Origin: an uncultured archaeon
Lineage (GTDB): Archaea > Asgardarchaeota > Lokiarchaeia > Sigyniarchaeales > SOKP01
NCBI GenBank assembly: GCA_964508365.1
Contig: CAZDTP010000074.1
Span: 1 to 15,909 of the forward strand
Direction of reading: 5' to 3'
DNA length: 15,909 nucleotides
The translations under genes were made by a program, and so were the position numbers. The notes under the pieces were generated by a model. The model made no database searches and was not told the origin of the DNA. It was given only the letters and a program-made list of their open reading frames with translations. The first letter of the stretch is position 1. Every line of letters starts with the position of its first letter. This document shows positions 6,645 through 15,114 of this stretch, in pieces.

Positions 6645-8366
6645 ATGGAAATTGACAAAGATTTGAAAGATAGCACTCAAGTTGCATATATTTCTATGGA
6701 AATCGCAGTAGATTCAAGTATTCCAACTTATAGTGGCGGATTGGGAGTATTATCTGGTGATACGGTTAGATCTGCAGCAGATTTAGAACTTCCTATGGTA
6801 GGAATATGTTTGTGTTATAGTTCTGGTTATTTTTATCAGTTCTTCAATGAATATGGAGAACAAAAAGAAAAAGAAATTTCGTGGAATTTTTTTTATGAGT
6901 TCGAAAAAATTGACGAGCCAATAAAGATAAAAATTGAAGATAAAGAAGTTTTAGTATCTGCTTGGCTATACCGAGTAATGGGTCAATCAGGTCATATTCT
7001 TCCGATTTACTTATTGACTACAGATATTGAAGGCAACGAAGATTGGATGAAAAAAATGACGGGTTCCTTATACGATTCTACATCTCGTTGGAATAGAATT
7101 GTACAAGAAATGATACTCGGAATTGGAGGTGTGAAACTTTTAAAATCTCTAGGATACAACAACATAGAAACCTACCATCTAAACGAAGGACATGGTTCTT
7201 TTTCTATTGTGGAACTGTATAATATGTTAAACGGGGATCTTGACAAAGTAAGGGATAAGGTTGTATTTACCACTCACACTCCTGTACCAGCCGGACACGA
7301 TAGATTTGATCAAGATTTGGTTACTAAAGTTTTTGAAAATAGGATGCCTTCGGAAATAAGAAAAATTGCGGATGATCATGGTAGTTTTAACATGACATAT
7401 TTAGGGATGGGGCTTTCTCGATATAGAAATGGGGTCGCAAAAAAACACGGTGATATATCCAGAAAAATGTTTCCTCAGTATGAAGTTGATTCGATTACAA
7501 ACGGAATTCATTTAGGATTTTGGGTTAGTCGACCATTTCGTCAAATTTTTGATAAAAAATGGCCTAACTGGAAAGCAAATCCGTCGATTCTTCAAAATGC
7601 AATTGTTCTTGATGACTTGGACATATTTGATGCACATATCGAGAATAAATTTAATCTAATTAGCTATCAGAAGGGACACAGTTGGAACCTTTTAGACGAG
7701 GAACTTATTACTATAGGATTTGCTCGACGATTCGCTACCTACAAAAGGGCTACATTAATATTTAACGATATTGATAAGCTTGGAAAAATCTGTAAAGACA
7801 AAATTCAATTCATATTTGCCGGAAAAGCACACCCCCAAGACACAATGGGAAAGGAATATATTAAGGAAATTTATAATTCTGGTGAATATCTCTATGATAA
7901 TTATGGAGTGAAGGTTGTAATGATGGAAAATTATAATATGGATTTATCTCATATGCTAGTATCTGGATGTGACATTTGGCTTAATACTCCTGAGAGATAT
8001 CGAGAAGCAAGTGGCACCAGTGGTATGAAAGCAGCATTAAATGGTGTTTTAAACTTTAGCGTTCAAGATGGTTGGTGGTTAGAAGGGTACCATATGAATC
8101 CTATGGCAGGTTGGGTAATTGGCCCTGATGACTCAAATCCGAGTGATCCGGGAGTTTCTAATGATTGGGATATTGATTCTAAGGCAATATATGAGGTTCT
8201 GGAAAATGTAATTATACCTACTTATTTAAACCATGAAGAATGGTTGTTTAAAAGTAAGAATGCTATAGCTTTAGCAGCTTTTTTCAACACTAATCGGATG
8301 ATGAAAGAATACGCTAAAAAAGCGTATAAACTCAGAAGGCAAAAACCGTGGCAATTTGTCAAATAA
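6645..8366 (+). CDS. glgP: Alpha-glucan (glycogen/starch/maltodextrin) phosphorylase, short form
   Basis: AYISMEI, YSGGLGVLSGD, HLNEGH, FTTHTPVPAGHD, FARRFATYKR, AGKAHP, EASGTSGMK (PLP lysine, K462), DGWWLEG. Confidence 0.95.
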   Translation: MEIDKDLKDSTQVAYISMEIAVDSSIPTYSGGLGVLSGDTVRSAADLELPMVGICLCYSSGYFYQFFNEYGEQKEKEISWNFFYEFEKIDEPIKIKIEDKEVLVSAWLYRVMGQSGHILPIYLLTTDIEGNEDWMKKMTGSLYDSTSRWNRIVQEMILGIGGVKLLKSLGYNNIETYHLNEGHGSFSIVELYNMLNGDLDKVRDKVVFTTHTPVPAGHDRFDQDLVTKVFENRMPSEIRKIADDHGSFNMTYLGMGLSRYRNGVAKKHGDISRKMFPQYEVDSITNGIHLGFWVSRPFRQIFDKKWPNWKANPSILQNAIVLDDLDIFDAHIENKFNLISYQKGHSWNLLDEELITIGFARRFATYKRATLIFNDIDKLGKICKDKIQFIFAGKAHPQDTMGKEYIKEIYNSGEYLYDNYGVKVVMMENYNMDLSHMLVSGCDIWLNTPERYREASGTSGMKAALNGVLNFSVQDGWWLEGYHMNPMAGWVIGPDDSNPSDPGVSNDWDIDSKAIYEVLENVIIPTYLNHEEWLFKSKNAIALAAFFNTNRMMKEYAKKAYKLRRQKPWQFVK

Positions 8367-8370
8367 TTAA

Positions 8371-8378
8371 TTTTTTTT
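8371..8378 (+). terminator. Oligo-T terminator candidate after glgP
   Basis: T8 run 5 bp after the glgP stop in a 40-bp convergent gap. Archaeal intrinsic termination uses oligo-T tracts. Confidence 0.4.
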
Positions 8379-8406
8379 ATTTAATTCCTTAAATTTAGTA
8401 AAGAGA

Positions 8407-8910
8407 TTATTTAATACAATTTAAAAGCTTAAACGATCTAATTTTTACATAGTCATCAGGATTTTTCTGAGCGAAATAATCTTCAAAAGTTTGATAAAAT
8501 ATATCTTCCATCGTAGATACTCCGGATTTTAACCCGCTTAAATCTTTTGCAAGTAAAAGCATATACTCAGATGTCGATTCCAGATAATAGCATCCTATCT
8601 TTAATTCTAAATGACTAGGAGGTTCAATAATTTCATTAGCTTTCCTAACAACCTCGTGAGTAGTAAAAATAATGAGATAAAAGGTCTCTGCAAACTTTTC
8701 TTTTAAATACGAATCTCGTATTCCAGAAGCCTGAAGTGCGACTTTTGTATATTCTTTAAAAATATTTTGTAATTGAGTAATTTCCTTCCTAAATTTTATT
8801 TTATTGTGAAAAAAAATAAAATCTTTATTTAATTTTAGTGGTTCTTTATCTAGATACGTAATTTCAGTTGGTTTAACTTTGAAAACGTACTCCTTTAAGT
8901 TTAGTGACAT
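8407..8910 (-). CDS. Stand-alone glycoside hydrolase family 20 domain-2-like (beta-hexosaminidase N-terminal) protein
   Basis: GCYYLESTSEYMLLLAKDLSGLKSGVSTMEDIF aligns by eye to the GH20 domain-2 consensus EGYxLxVxxxxIxIxAxxxxGLFYGxxTLxQL. N-terminal VKPTEI resembles IPxPxxx. ATG at 8910 is preferred over TTG at 8919. Confidence 0.6.
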   Translation of the reverse strand: MSLNLKEYVFKVKPTEITYLDKEPLKLNKDFIFFHNKIKFRKEITQLQNIFKEYTKVALQASGIRDSYLKEKFAETFYLIIFTTHEVVRKANEIIEPPSHLELKIGCYYLESTSEYMLLLAKDLSGLKSGVSTMEDIFYQTFEDYFAQKNPDDYVKIRSFKLLNCIK

Positions 8911-9054
8911 TTTAAGCAATTGTTCTATAATATGATATAGGTCTTTAGTGAAATATATTATACTTATTATTTCTAAATTAGATAAACTGAAGTTTCTTAT
9001 AAAATTCTTGTTTATAGAATGTAAAAGATAAAAGAATAATGTTTTACAAATAAA

Positions 9055-10038
9055 ATGAAATTAGGAACGCTCTTTTTAGAAAATAATTTAATTTTAGCCC
9101 CAATGTTACAAGTATCTACTGCACCATTTAGGCGATTTTGTAGGAAGTTCGGTAATATTGGGTTAGTGTGCGTTCCAATGCTTTATACCAAAAGGATTGA
9201 AACTCATTCCAGAAGTGTGTTAAGGTATTTGCACAAAATCGAGGAAGAAAGACCAGTAAGTGTACAACTAATTGGTTCGGATTTAGACGCTTTAAAAAGT
9301 TCCATCGACTTTCTAGAAAGCTATCAATTCGATGTTTTAGATATCAATGCTGCTTGTCCCTCCAAAAGAGCGATAAAAGCTAAAGAAGGTGGATATCTTC
9401 TCAAGAATCTCGGTATATTGGAAAGTTTGCTTAAAGCTTCAGTAAAATATTCTTCACGACCTGTTTCACTAAAAATGAGGACTGGTTTTAATAATACAAA
9501 TAATATCGATACAATAGCCGATATTGTGAATCGTTCAGGTATTGATTTCCTAACAATTCATGGAAGAACAGTAAAAGACCGATACTATGACTCAACCCTT
9601 GACCTAAATACTATAAAGAAAATAAAATTATTAGTCAAGATTCCTGTGGTTGGAAATGGAAATATTCGTGGAAGGTTAACCGCGGAAAAATTCTTAGAAT
9701 TTACTAATGTTGATGCCCTTATGATTGGAAGAGCATCAATGGGAAATCCAGAAATCTTTCAACAAATTAATCAATATTTTTCAGAGGGAATAGAGCCTAA
9801 ATGCGAAAATGGTTTCCTTAAAATGAGAAAATATCTTAATTTATACGAGGAATGCGTTGATGAGTTTTTAGATAATACAATCGAGATGCCTTTTTCCCAT
9901 GAGAAATTTAAGTTTATGGAATTGAGAAGAAATGCAATATGGTTTACAAAAAATATTCAAGACTCAACTAGTTTAAGAACACAAATTTCAAAAACAAAAA
10001 ACTTAGAGGAATTAAGAGAGCTAATTGTTTTTGATTAA
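9055..10038 (+). CDS. tRNA-dihydrouridine synthase family flavoprotein (DusB-like)
   Basis: LILAPM, VQLIGSD, DINAACP (catalytic Cys101), SLKMRTG, TIHGRT, VGNGNI, LMIGRASMGNP, and a DusB-like C-terminal helical domain (ELRRNAIWFTKNI). Confidence 0.9.
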   Translation: MKLGTLFLENNLILAPMLQVSTAPFRRFCRKFGNIGLVCVPMLYTKRIETHSRSVLRYLHKIEEERPVSVQLIGSDLDALKSSIDFLESYQFDVLDINAACPSKRAIKAKEGGYLLKNLGILESLLKASVKYSSRPVSLKMRTGFNNTNNIDTIADIVNRSGIDFLTIHGRTVKDRYYDSTLDLNTIKKIKLLVKIPVVGNGNIRGRLTAEKFLEFTNVDALMIGRASMGNPEIFQQINQYFSEGIEPKCENGFLKMRKYLNLYEECVDEFLDNTIEMPFSHEKFKFMELRRNAIWFTKNIQDSTSLRTQISKTKNLEELRELIVFD

Positions 10039-10283
10039 CTTTTTAGTAAAAGAATTAGGAAAGCTATGATGTATACACTTAAGATTAATCCATTAATAAG
10101 AAGAACGAGATCGAGAATTTGAATGAATGTACCAGTTAAAGATGATCTTAACATTTCAACTGTCCAGATAAAATCGCCTAATTTCGCAGATATCATCAAA
10201 TAGATAATAAAACCTAAGAGTTGGATCTCTCCAATGATAAAAATTTGAAAAAGGGTATCCTTTTGTTTTTTATTAAGCTTCAT
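10035..10283 (-). CDS. Small membrane protein with two predicted TM helices (82 aa)
   Basis: ATG start with SD-like GGAAGGA (10291-10297). Basic N-terminus and two hydrophobic stretches. Lies 44 bp downstream of mtnA on the same strand. Confidence 0.6.
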   Translation of the reverse strand: MKLNKKQKDTLFQIFIIGEIQLLGFIIYLMISAKLGDFIWTVEMLRSSLTGTFIQILDLVLLINGLILSVYIIAFLILLLKS

Positions 10284-10327
10284 TTCTATATCCTTCCGAG
10301 TTAAATCACATATTTTATATTAATTTT

Positions 10328-11353
10328 TTAGACTTTGTACTTTATTAATAATTCTTCTGGTGAGAAAACACCGTCTTCTGTAATTAAACCAGTCACTAAT
10401 TTAAAGGGCGTTATATCAAACGCATAATTTAAACACTCGACACCTTCAGGAACGATTTGCACTTTTCCTAACACTTTGCATACTTCACTACTGTCTCTTT
10501 GTTCAATTGTAACATCTTTTATTGTTTCGTGAAGTGAGAGCGTAGAAGTTGGAGCAGCAACATAGAAAGGAATTTTATTATCCATTGCAGCTAATGCTAC
10601 TAGATAGGTGCCAATCTTATTAAACACCGCATCTGAAGTAACTCTATCGGTTCCTACAATTACCTTATCCACTTTTCCAAGCATCATCAACAATCCTGAC
10701 GATGTGTCCGAAATTACTTTTACAGGAATATTATCGTATTGTAGCTCATACGCCGTCAATCTAGCGCCTTGTAATCTCGGTCTTGTTTCGTCAGCAATAA
10801 CGCTGATATTTTTTCCCTCTTCAATTGCTGCTCTAATAGGTGCCAGTGCAGTTCCATATTGAACAGTAGCCAAAGATCCCGCGTTACAATGAGTTAAAAC
10901 GACATCCCCATCTTTTAGTAGGGAAGCACCATTTTTTCCGATGTTTTTATTAACATTTATATCCTCTTGTGCCATTAGTTTTGCCTCTTCAATAACAAGA
11001 TCGGAAATATTCGAGGGATTATCGGGGAATTCTTTGATTATCTTGAGGATTCGATTAACTGCCCAAAAAAGGTTAGATGCTGTAGGTCTTGTACTACGTA
11101 ATAAATCAGCAGCTTCTTCCATTTTAATGAGGAATTTATCTTTTACTAATTCTTTATATTCAATCGTAGCTAACGCCATACCCATTGCAGCTGCTACACC
11201 TATTGCCGGAGCACCTCTGATATTCATAACTTTGATAGATTTTGCAACAGACCTAAAATCGTCAAACTCTAAAAACTCAAGTTTATGCGGTAGTATAGTT
11301 TGATCAATCATCTTAACTTTGTTGTCGACTGTCCATTCAATTGAAGGAATCAT
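10328..11353 (-). CDS. mtnA: S-methyl-5-thioribose-1-phosphate isomerase (eIF-2B alpha/beta/delta family)
   Basis: IDQTILP, IRGAPAIG, TRPTASNL, THCNAGSLAT..YGTAL, ETRPRLQGARLT.YEL, VGTDR, NKIGTY, AFDITP. Catalytic Cys and Asp positions are retained. Confidence 0.93.
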   Translation of the reverse strand: MIPSIEWTVDNKVKMIDQTILPHKLEFLEFDDFRSVAKSIKVMNIRGAPAIGVAAAMGMALATIEYKELVKDKFLIKMEEAADLLRSTRPTASNLFWAVNRILKIIKEFPDNPSNISDLVIEEAKLMAQEDINVNKNIGKNGASLLKDGDVVLTHCNAGSLATVQYGTALAPIRAAIEEGKNISVIADETRPRLQGARLTAYELQYDNIPVKVISDTSSGLLMMLGKVDKVIVGTDRVTSDAVFNKIGTYLVALAAMDNKIPFYVAAPTSTLSLHETIKDVTIEQRDSSEVCKVLGKVQIVPEGVECLNYAFDITPFKLVTGLITEDGVFSPEELLIKYKV

Positions 11354-11496
11354 ATTAATCTTAAATATTACAAGATTTAAATAATTAAATTAGTAATATT
11401 TTTAATCATAACAATTAATTCAATCCTGATGAATTCTCCAATTCTAAATAAATTAATTTTTAAGATTGAAAGAATTATTGAAAGATACAACTTACT

Positions 11497-13134
11497 ATGA
11501 AGCAAATATCTCTAATCAAAGACCTTCAAAATCGTTTACTCTGGGATAAGTTTGTAAATAATATGGAAAGGGAAGGTTTTTTTAAACTAACACATATTAA
11601 AACCTCTAAAGTATTAGAGAGTAAATTTAATTATCAGTCTATCCAATCGGGGTATGTGATGCTTGTAGGAAATCTAATTCAAGCAAGCGTTATAAGAGAT
11701 ACATCACATCTACATATTAGACCTTACATTTTGTTTAGACCAAAGGAAGAAAGCCAATTACGAGTTATATTAAAGAATTCACAGAAAAATAATATCCCAA
11801 TTACATTTGCCGGAGGAAAAACAGGGCTTTCTGGAGGCTATAGTAATTATGGTATAATTATTGATATGGTCGATTTTCAGTCCTATAAAGAACCAATTCG
11901 ATATGATTTTAAAAAAAATACCGTCCGAGTCAATCAAAATGTTTTAATTTCAGATCTAATTAAATACACACTACTAAGAAGCGATAACAAATTAATCTTT
12001 CCCGTCCAACCAGCAAGTTCTCTTAAATTACCTGTGAGAGTAGGAGGACTAATAGCTTCGAACGCAAGTGGAATAACTTCAGGAAAATTAGGTTCTGCCG
12101 AAAATTGGGTAGAAACAATTCGGATTATGAAACCAGATGGAACATTGGTTGAAGTTGGTAGAAAAAATCCACTCTTCTTAAAAATTATTGGTGGAAATGG
12201 GTATTTTGGTGTGATATTGAGCGCAACTTTCAGATTATACGATCCAGAAACGAACTTAAAACAAGCCATCTTGTATGGTTATAATATCACCCTTGCTTTT
12301 AATGGATTGCAATCTGTCTTAGAGTCAAAAATTTTTCCCCTGGTTAGTGAATTTGTAATATCTGACCAAAAACTTCCCGGAAAATTTAATGAACTTGGAG
12401 AAGAAAATTCTGAGGATAAACACGCCAAGTGGGCAGTTCTAATTAAAGGTTCTGCAGATTTAGTTGATAGATTTATTGATACTATGAATAATAAAGCTCA
12501 TTGTAACTGGAATATGTTAAGCGAAGAAGAATTTCAAGAATTTCTCCAAGAACGGTCAACTTTTGCTTTATTAATTCAGTCAGAAGATAATACATCAGAT
12601 TTTATCGCTTTTCCTGGATTTGAAGATATACTCAGCGAACCAAAACACTTACCTGAAATTATTCAGATGATAAATGATATATTTATTGAGAAAGGCTTTC
12701 ATAAAGTTATTTTTGGATATGGTCATATTAACTTTAGAAAAGGTCAGGGATTGTTATTACATATGCGTCTACCTGTCCCTATTGACTTTTTTTTTAAGGA
12801 AAATCGAGAAAAAATGAAATTAATATGTGAAACTGTTTATAGCGTTATTCTTAATCTTAATTCCAAATTCAAAATAAAGCACAAGGCCGAACATAGCCCT
12901 GGTCCGTTCAAAATATGGTTGGATCCTGTATTCAGACGATATCTTAGAAAAAAAGTTAGCGAGGGCGAAGTTTTTACAAACCCTCACTTAATGATTTTTG
13001 ATGAATTATTTATTAGGAAGTATAAATCTTCGATTAGCGATTTGTCGAATATGGATAACGATGATTTTTTATCCATAGAAGATAAGAAGGATCTATTTGT
13101 TTCAGCAATGATATTATATTTGTCAGGTGAATAA
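11497..13134 (+). CDS. FAD-binding oxidoreductase, GlcD/D-lactate (D-2-hydroxyacid) dehydrogenase-like, divergent
   Basis: RDTSHL..PYILFRP, PITFAGGKTGLSGG, PVQPASS, VGGLIASNASG, MKPDG, GGNGYFGVI, C-terminal GYGH...LH and AEH. Confidence 0.82.
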   Translation: MKQISLIKDLQNRLLWDKFVNNMEREGFFKLTHIKTSKVLESKFNYQSIQSGYVMLVGNLIQASVIRDTSHLHIRPYILFRPKEESQLRVILKNSQKNNIPITFAGGKTGLSGGYSNYGIIIDMVDFQSYKEPIRYDFKKNTVRVNQNVLISDLIKYTLLRSDNKLIFPVQPASSLKLPVRVGGLIASNASGITSGKLGSAENWVETIRIMKPDGTLVEVGRKNPLFLKIIGGNGYFGVILSATFRLYDPETNLKQAILYGYNITLAFNGLQSVLESKIFPLVSEFVISDQKLPGKFNELGEENSEDKHAKWAVLIKGSADLVDRFIDTMNNKAHCNWNMLSEEEFQEFLQERSTFALLIQSEDNTSDFIAFPGFEDILSEPKHLPEIIQMINDIFIEKGFHKVIFGYGHINFRKGQGLLLHMRLPVPIDFFFKENREKMKLICETVYSVILNLNSKFKIKHKAEHSPGPFKIWLDPVFRRYLRKKVSEGEVFTNPHLMIFDELFIRKYKSSISDLSNMDNDDFLSIEDKKDLFVSAMILYLSGE

Positions 13135-13194
13135 TTTTAAATTGTGAGAGAAAGTATTAATGTACTAGTTAAATAGGGAAAGTTTAAGTGAAGA

Positions 13195-14085
13195 ATGGAT
13201 AATAAATCAAACAATTTTGGTAAAATTATACAATCCCCGATAATTTCTTGTTCGCGTAGAACAGACATACCGGCATTTCTAATGGATTGGGTATGTGATA
13301 AAATTCAAGTCGGTTATGTAGATGTGGTTAATCCATTCAATCGAAAGCAAGTGTCTAGAATATCACTTAAAAATAAGGATGTAAGGTGTTGGGTGTGGTG
13401 GAGCAAGAATTTTGAAAATTGGATAACGATGTACGAAAAACATCCGCAAGTATTTAAATCCTATAAGGGACATTATTTTCAATTTACAATTAACTCACCT
13501 TCTGAATTAGAGCAGAATCTTAAGATTTCCTTAGAAAAAAGATTTTCTCAGTTAGAATGGTTGATCAATGAGTTTGGAATAAAGGCTATAAGTTTTCGAT
13601 TTGACCCTATCATCTTATACAAAAGAAAGGATGAAAAAAGAATAAAAAGTAATCTAGATAAATTCGAATATATTATTGAAAATGTATCTGCCCTTGGATT
13701 GAAGGAAATGATATTTTCCTTTGCGACGATCTATTCAAAAGTGAAAAATCGCTTGCAAAACAGAGGTTATATTCCCATTGATCCACCATTAAATAAGAAA
13801 AAGGAAATTCTCAATTCCCTTTTAGAAATTTGTAATAAAAATAACATGCAAATGGAAGCCTGCTGTCAACCAGATTTGATTGGTAATAAGGGAATAAAAC
13901 AAGCTCATTGCATTGATGCCAATAAAATCGAGCGATTAATAGGAGAAAAAATTCAAAAAATCAAAGATACAGGGCAAAGAAAGGGTTGTGGCTGTTTCAA
14001 ATCTAAAGATATTGGAGGCTATTCAGGTATATTTCGGTGCAAGCATAATTGTGCTTATTGTTATGCTTCACCAAGACGCAAGTAA
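13195..14085 (+). CDS. DUF1848 family protein with a C-terminal radical-SAM-type CxxxCxxC motif
   Basis: IISCSRRTDIPAF, NPFN..QVSRISL, WSKN, YFQFT, RFDPI, HCID, GQRKGCGC..SKDIG.Y, CKHNCAYCYA (Cys motif at 14038-14061). Confidence 0.88.
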   Translation: MDNKSNNFGKIIQSPIISCSRRTDIPAFLMDWVCDKIQVGYVDVVNPFNRKQVSRISLKNKDVRCWVWWSKNFENWITMYEKHPQVFKSYKGHYFQFTINSPSELEQNLKISLEKRFSQLEWLINEFGIKAISFRFDPIILYKRKDEKRIKSNLDKFEYIIENVSALGLKEMIFSFATIYSKVKNRLQNRGYIPIDPPLNKKKEILNSLLEICNKNNMQMEACCQPDLIGNKGIKQAHCIDANKIERLIGEKIQKIKDTGQRKGCGCFKSKDIGGYSGIFRCKHNCAYCYASPRRK

Positions 14086-14206
14086 TTCGCAAATCTATTT
14101 TTTCAGTAATCCGTTTAATTTTAATCACTCGATCACATCAAATCTTGTGTACTAATTTTAGAATGATATCATTATTAAATTTTTGTCTAACTTAGTATTT
14201 ATTTAT

Positions 14207-15082
14207 TTAATTGATTTTATCAGCAATAATTAATACCTGATATTCTGGAACAATGGGTTCACAAATTCCCAAATTTTTTGTTTTAATCACATTGAATCCA
14301 TATAATTTCAGAATTTTTTTCCATCCTTCTAGCTTAAGAAAGTTAAGAGGTATATTGATATCTTCATCTCCAATTACTCGATTGTAAAACCAATCAAAAA
14401 AGCAATTAGTCATTCTTTTATCATCATCTTCAATATAAGCTTCTATAATTACTAAGCGTTTTTTGGTTACTCTTGTTGCTTCTTCCAATAGATGTTCGGG
14501 GTCACTCGCATGATGTAGCACAGTAAATAGAATAGTTGTATCTATTTCCTTATCTGCTAAAGGTACTTTATCCTCTGGATTGTATAGGATCAATGGTAGA
14601 TCTGTATAATTATAATCTAAAATATCAACCAGTACAACTTCTTTTTCAAGCTGTTCTTTTATTTCTAACGCTAAAAAACCATCTCCCGCACCAAGATCAA
14701 GTATCTTCTCTCCTATGATATAATCTTTTACTACTTCAAAACTTCTTTTTACACGTTTAATTGCATTACCCCTTCGATCTTTTTCATTATCGGCACGTTT
14801 TCTGATAAATTTTCTCAACGTTTCTTCAACTTGAATTAGACGCTTTCCGTTATTCAAGCCTTTTTTTATGGTTCTGTTTACATACAACCAAAAAATGTTT
14901 CTTTTAACATAATTTAAATTAGCATTTTTCATAGCAGTTAAAAATAACGACCGAATTTCATTCCAATAATGCTTATCTTTTTCACTTTTCTTGGAAAATA
15001 TTGGATATATAAGACTTTCAACAACTTCTATATCGTTTTGATTAATAGGGTTGTAAAATTTTATTGTTTCTTCTTGAATCAT
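14207..15082 (-). CDS. Class I SAM-dependent methyltransferase with an N-terminal extension of about 120 aa
   Basis: Motif I ILDLGAGDG, acidic VDIL, VPLADKEIDTTILFTVLHH, LLEEATRV, LVIIE. Confidence 0.88.
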   Translation of the reverse strand: MIQEETIKFYNPINQNDIEVVESLIYPIFSKKSEKDKHYWNEIRSLFLTAMKNANLNYVKRNIFWLYVNRTIKKGLNNGKRLIQVEETLRKFIRKRADNEKDRRGNAIKRVKRSFEVVKDYIIGEKILDLGAGDGFLALEIKEQLEKEVVLVDILDYNYTDLPLILYNPEDKVPLADKEIDTTILFTVLHHASDPEHLLEEATRVTKKRLVIIEAYIEDDDKRMTNCFFDWFYNRVIGDEDINIPLNFLKLEGWKKILKLYGFNVIKTKNLGICEPIVPEYQVLIIADKIN

Positions 15083-15106
15083 CTGTTTATCACATTCATT
15101 AACTTT

Positions 15107-15114
15107 TTATATAA
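15107..15114 (-). promoter_or_regulatory. TATA box candidate for the methyltransferase
   Basis: TTATATAA 25-32 bp upstream of the ATG at 15082. Confidence 0.55.

Noticed and set aside
10608-11303. Plus-strand ORFs 10608-10862 and 10941-11303
   Set aside because: Antisense shadows of mtnA.
11357-11377. AATCTT/AAGATT inverted repeat just upstream of mtnA
   Set aside because: Only 6 bp per arm, not repeated, and not significant at this base composition.
11934-12269. Minus-strand 111-aa ORF
   Set aside because: Antisense to the FAD oxidoreductase with no recognisable features.
14162-14173. 12-bp palindrome AATGATATCATT between DUF1848 and the methyltransferase
   Set aside because: Lies in a convergent (3'-3') gap, is single-copy and AT-rich, so there is no clear role.
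14536-14718. Plus-strand 60-aa ORF
   Set aside because: Short and antisense to the methyltransferase core.
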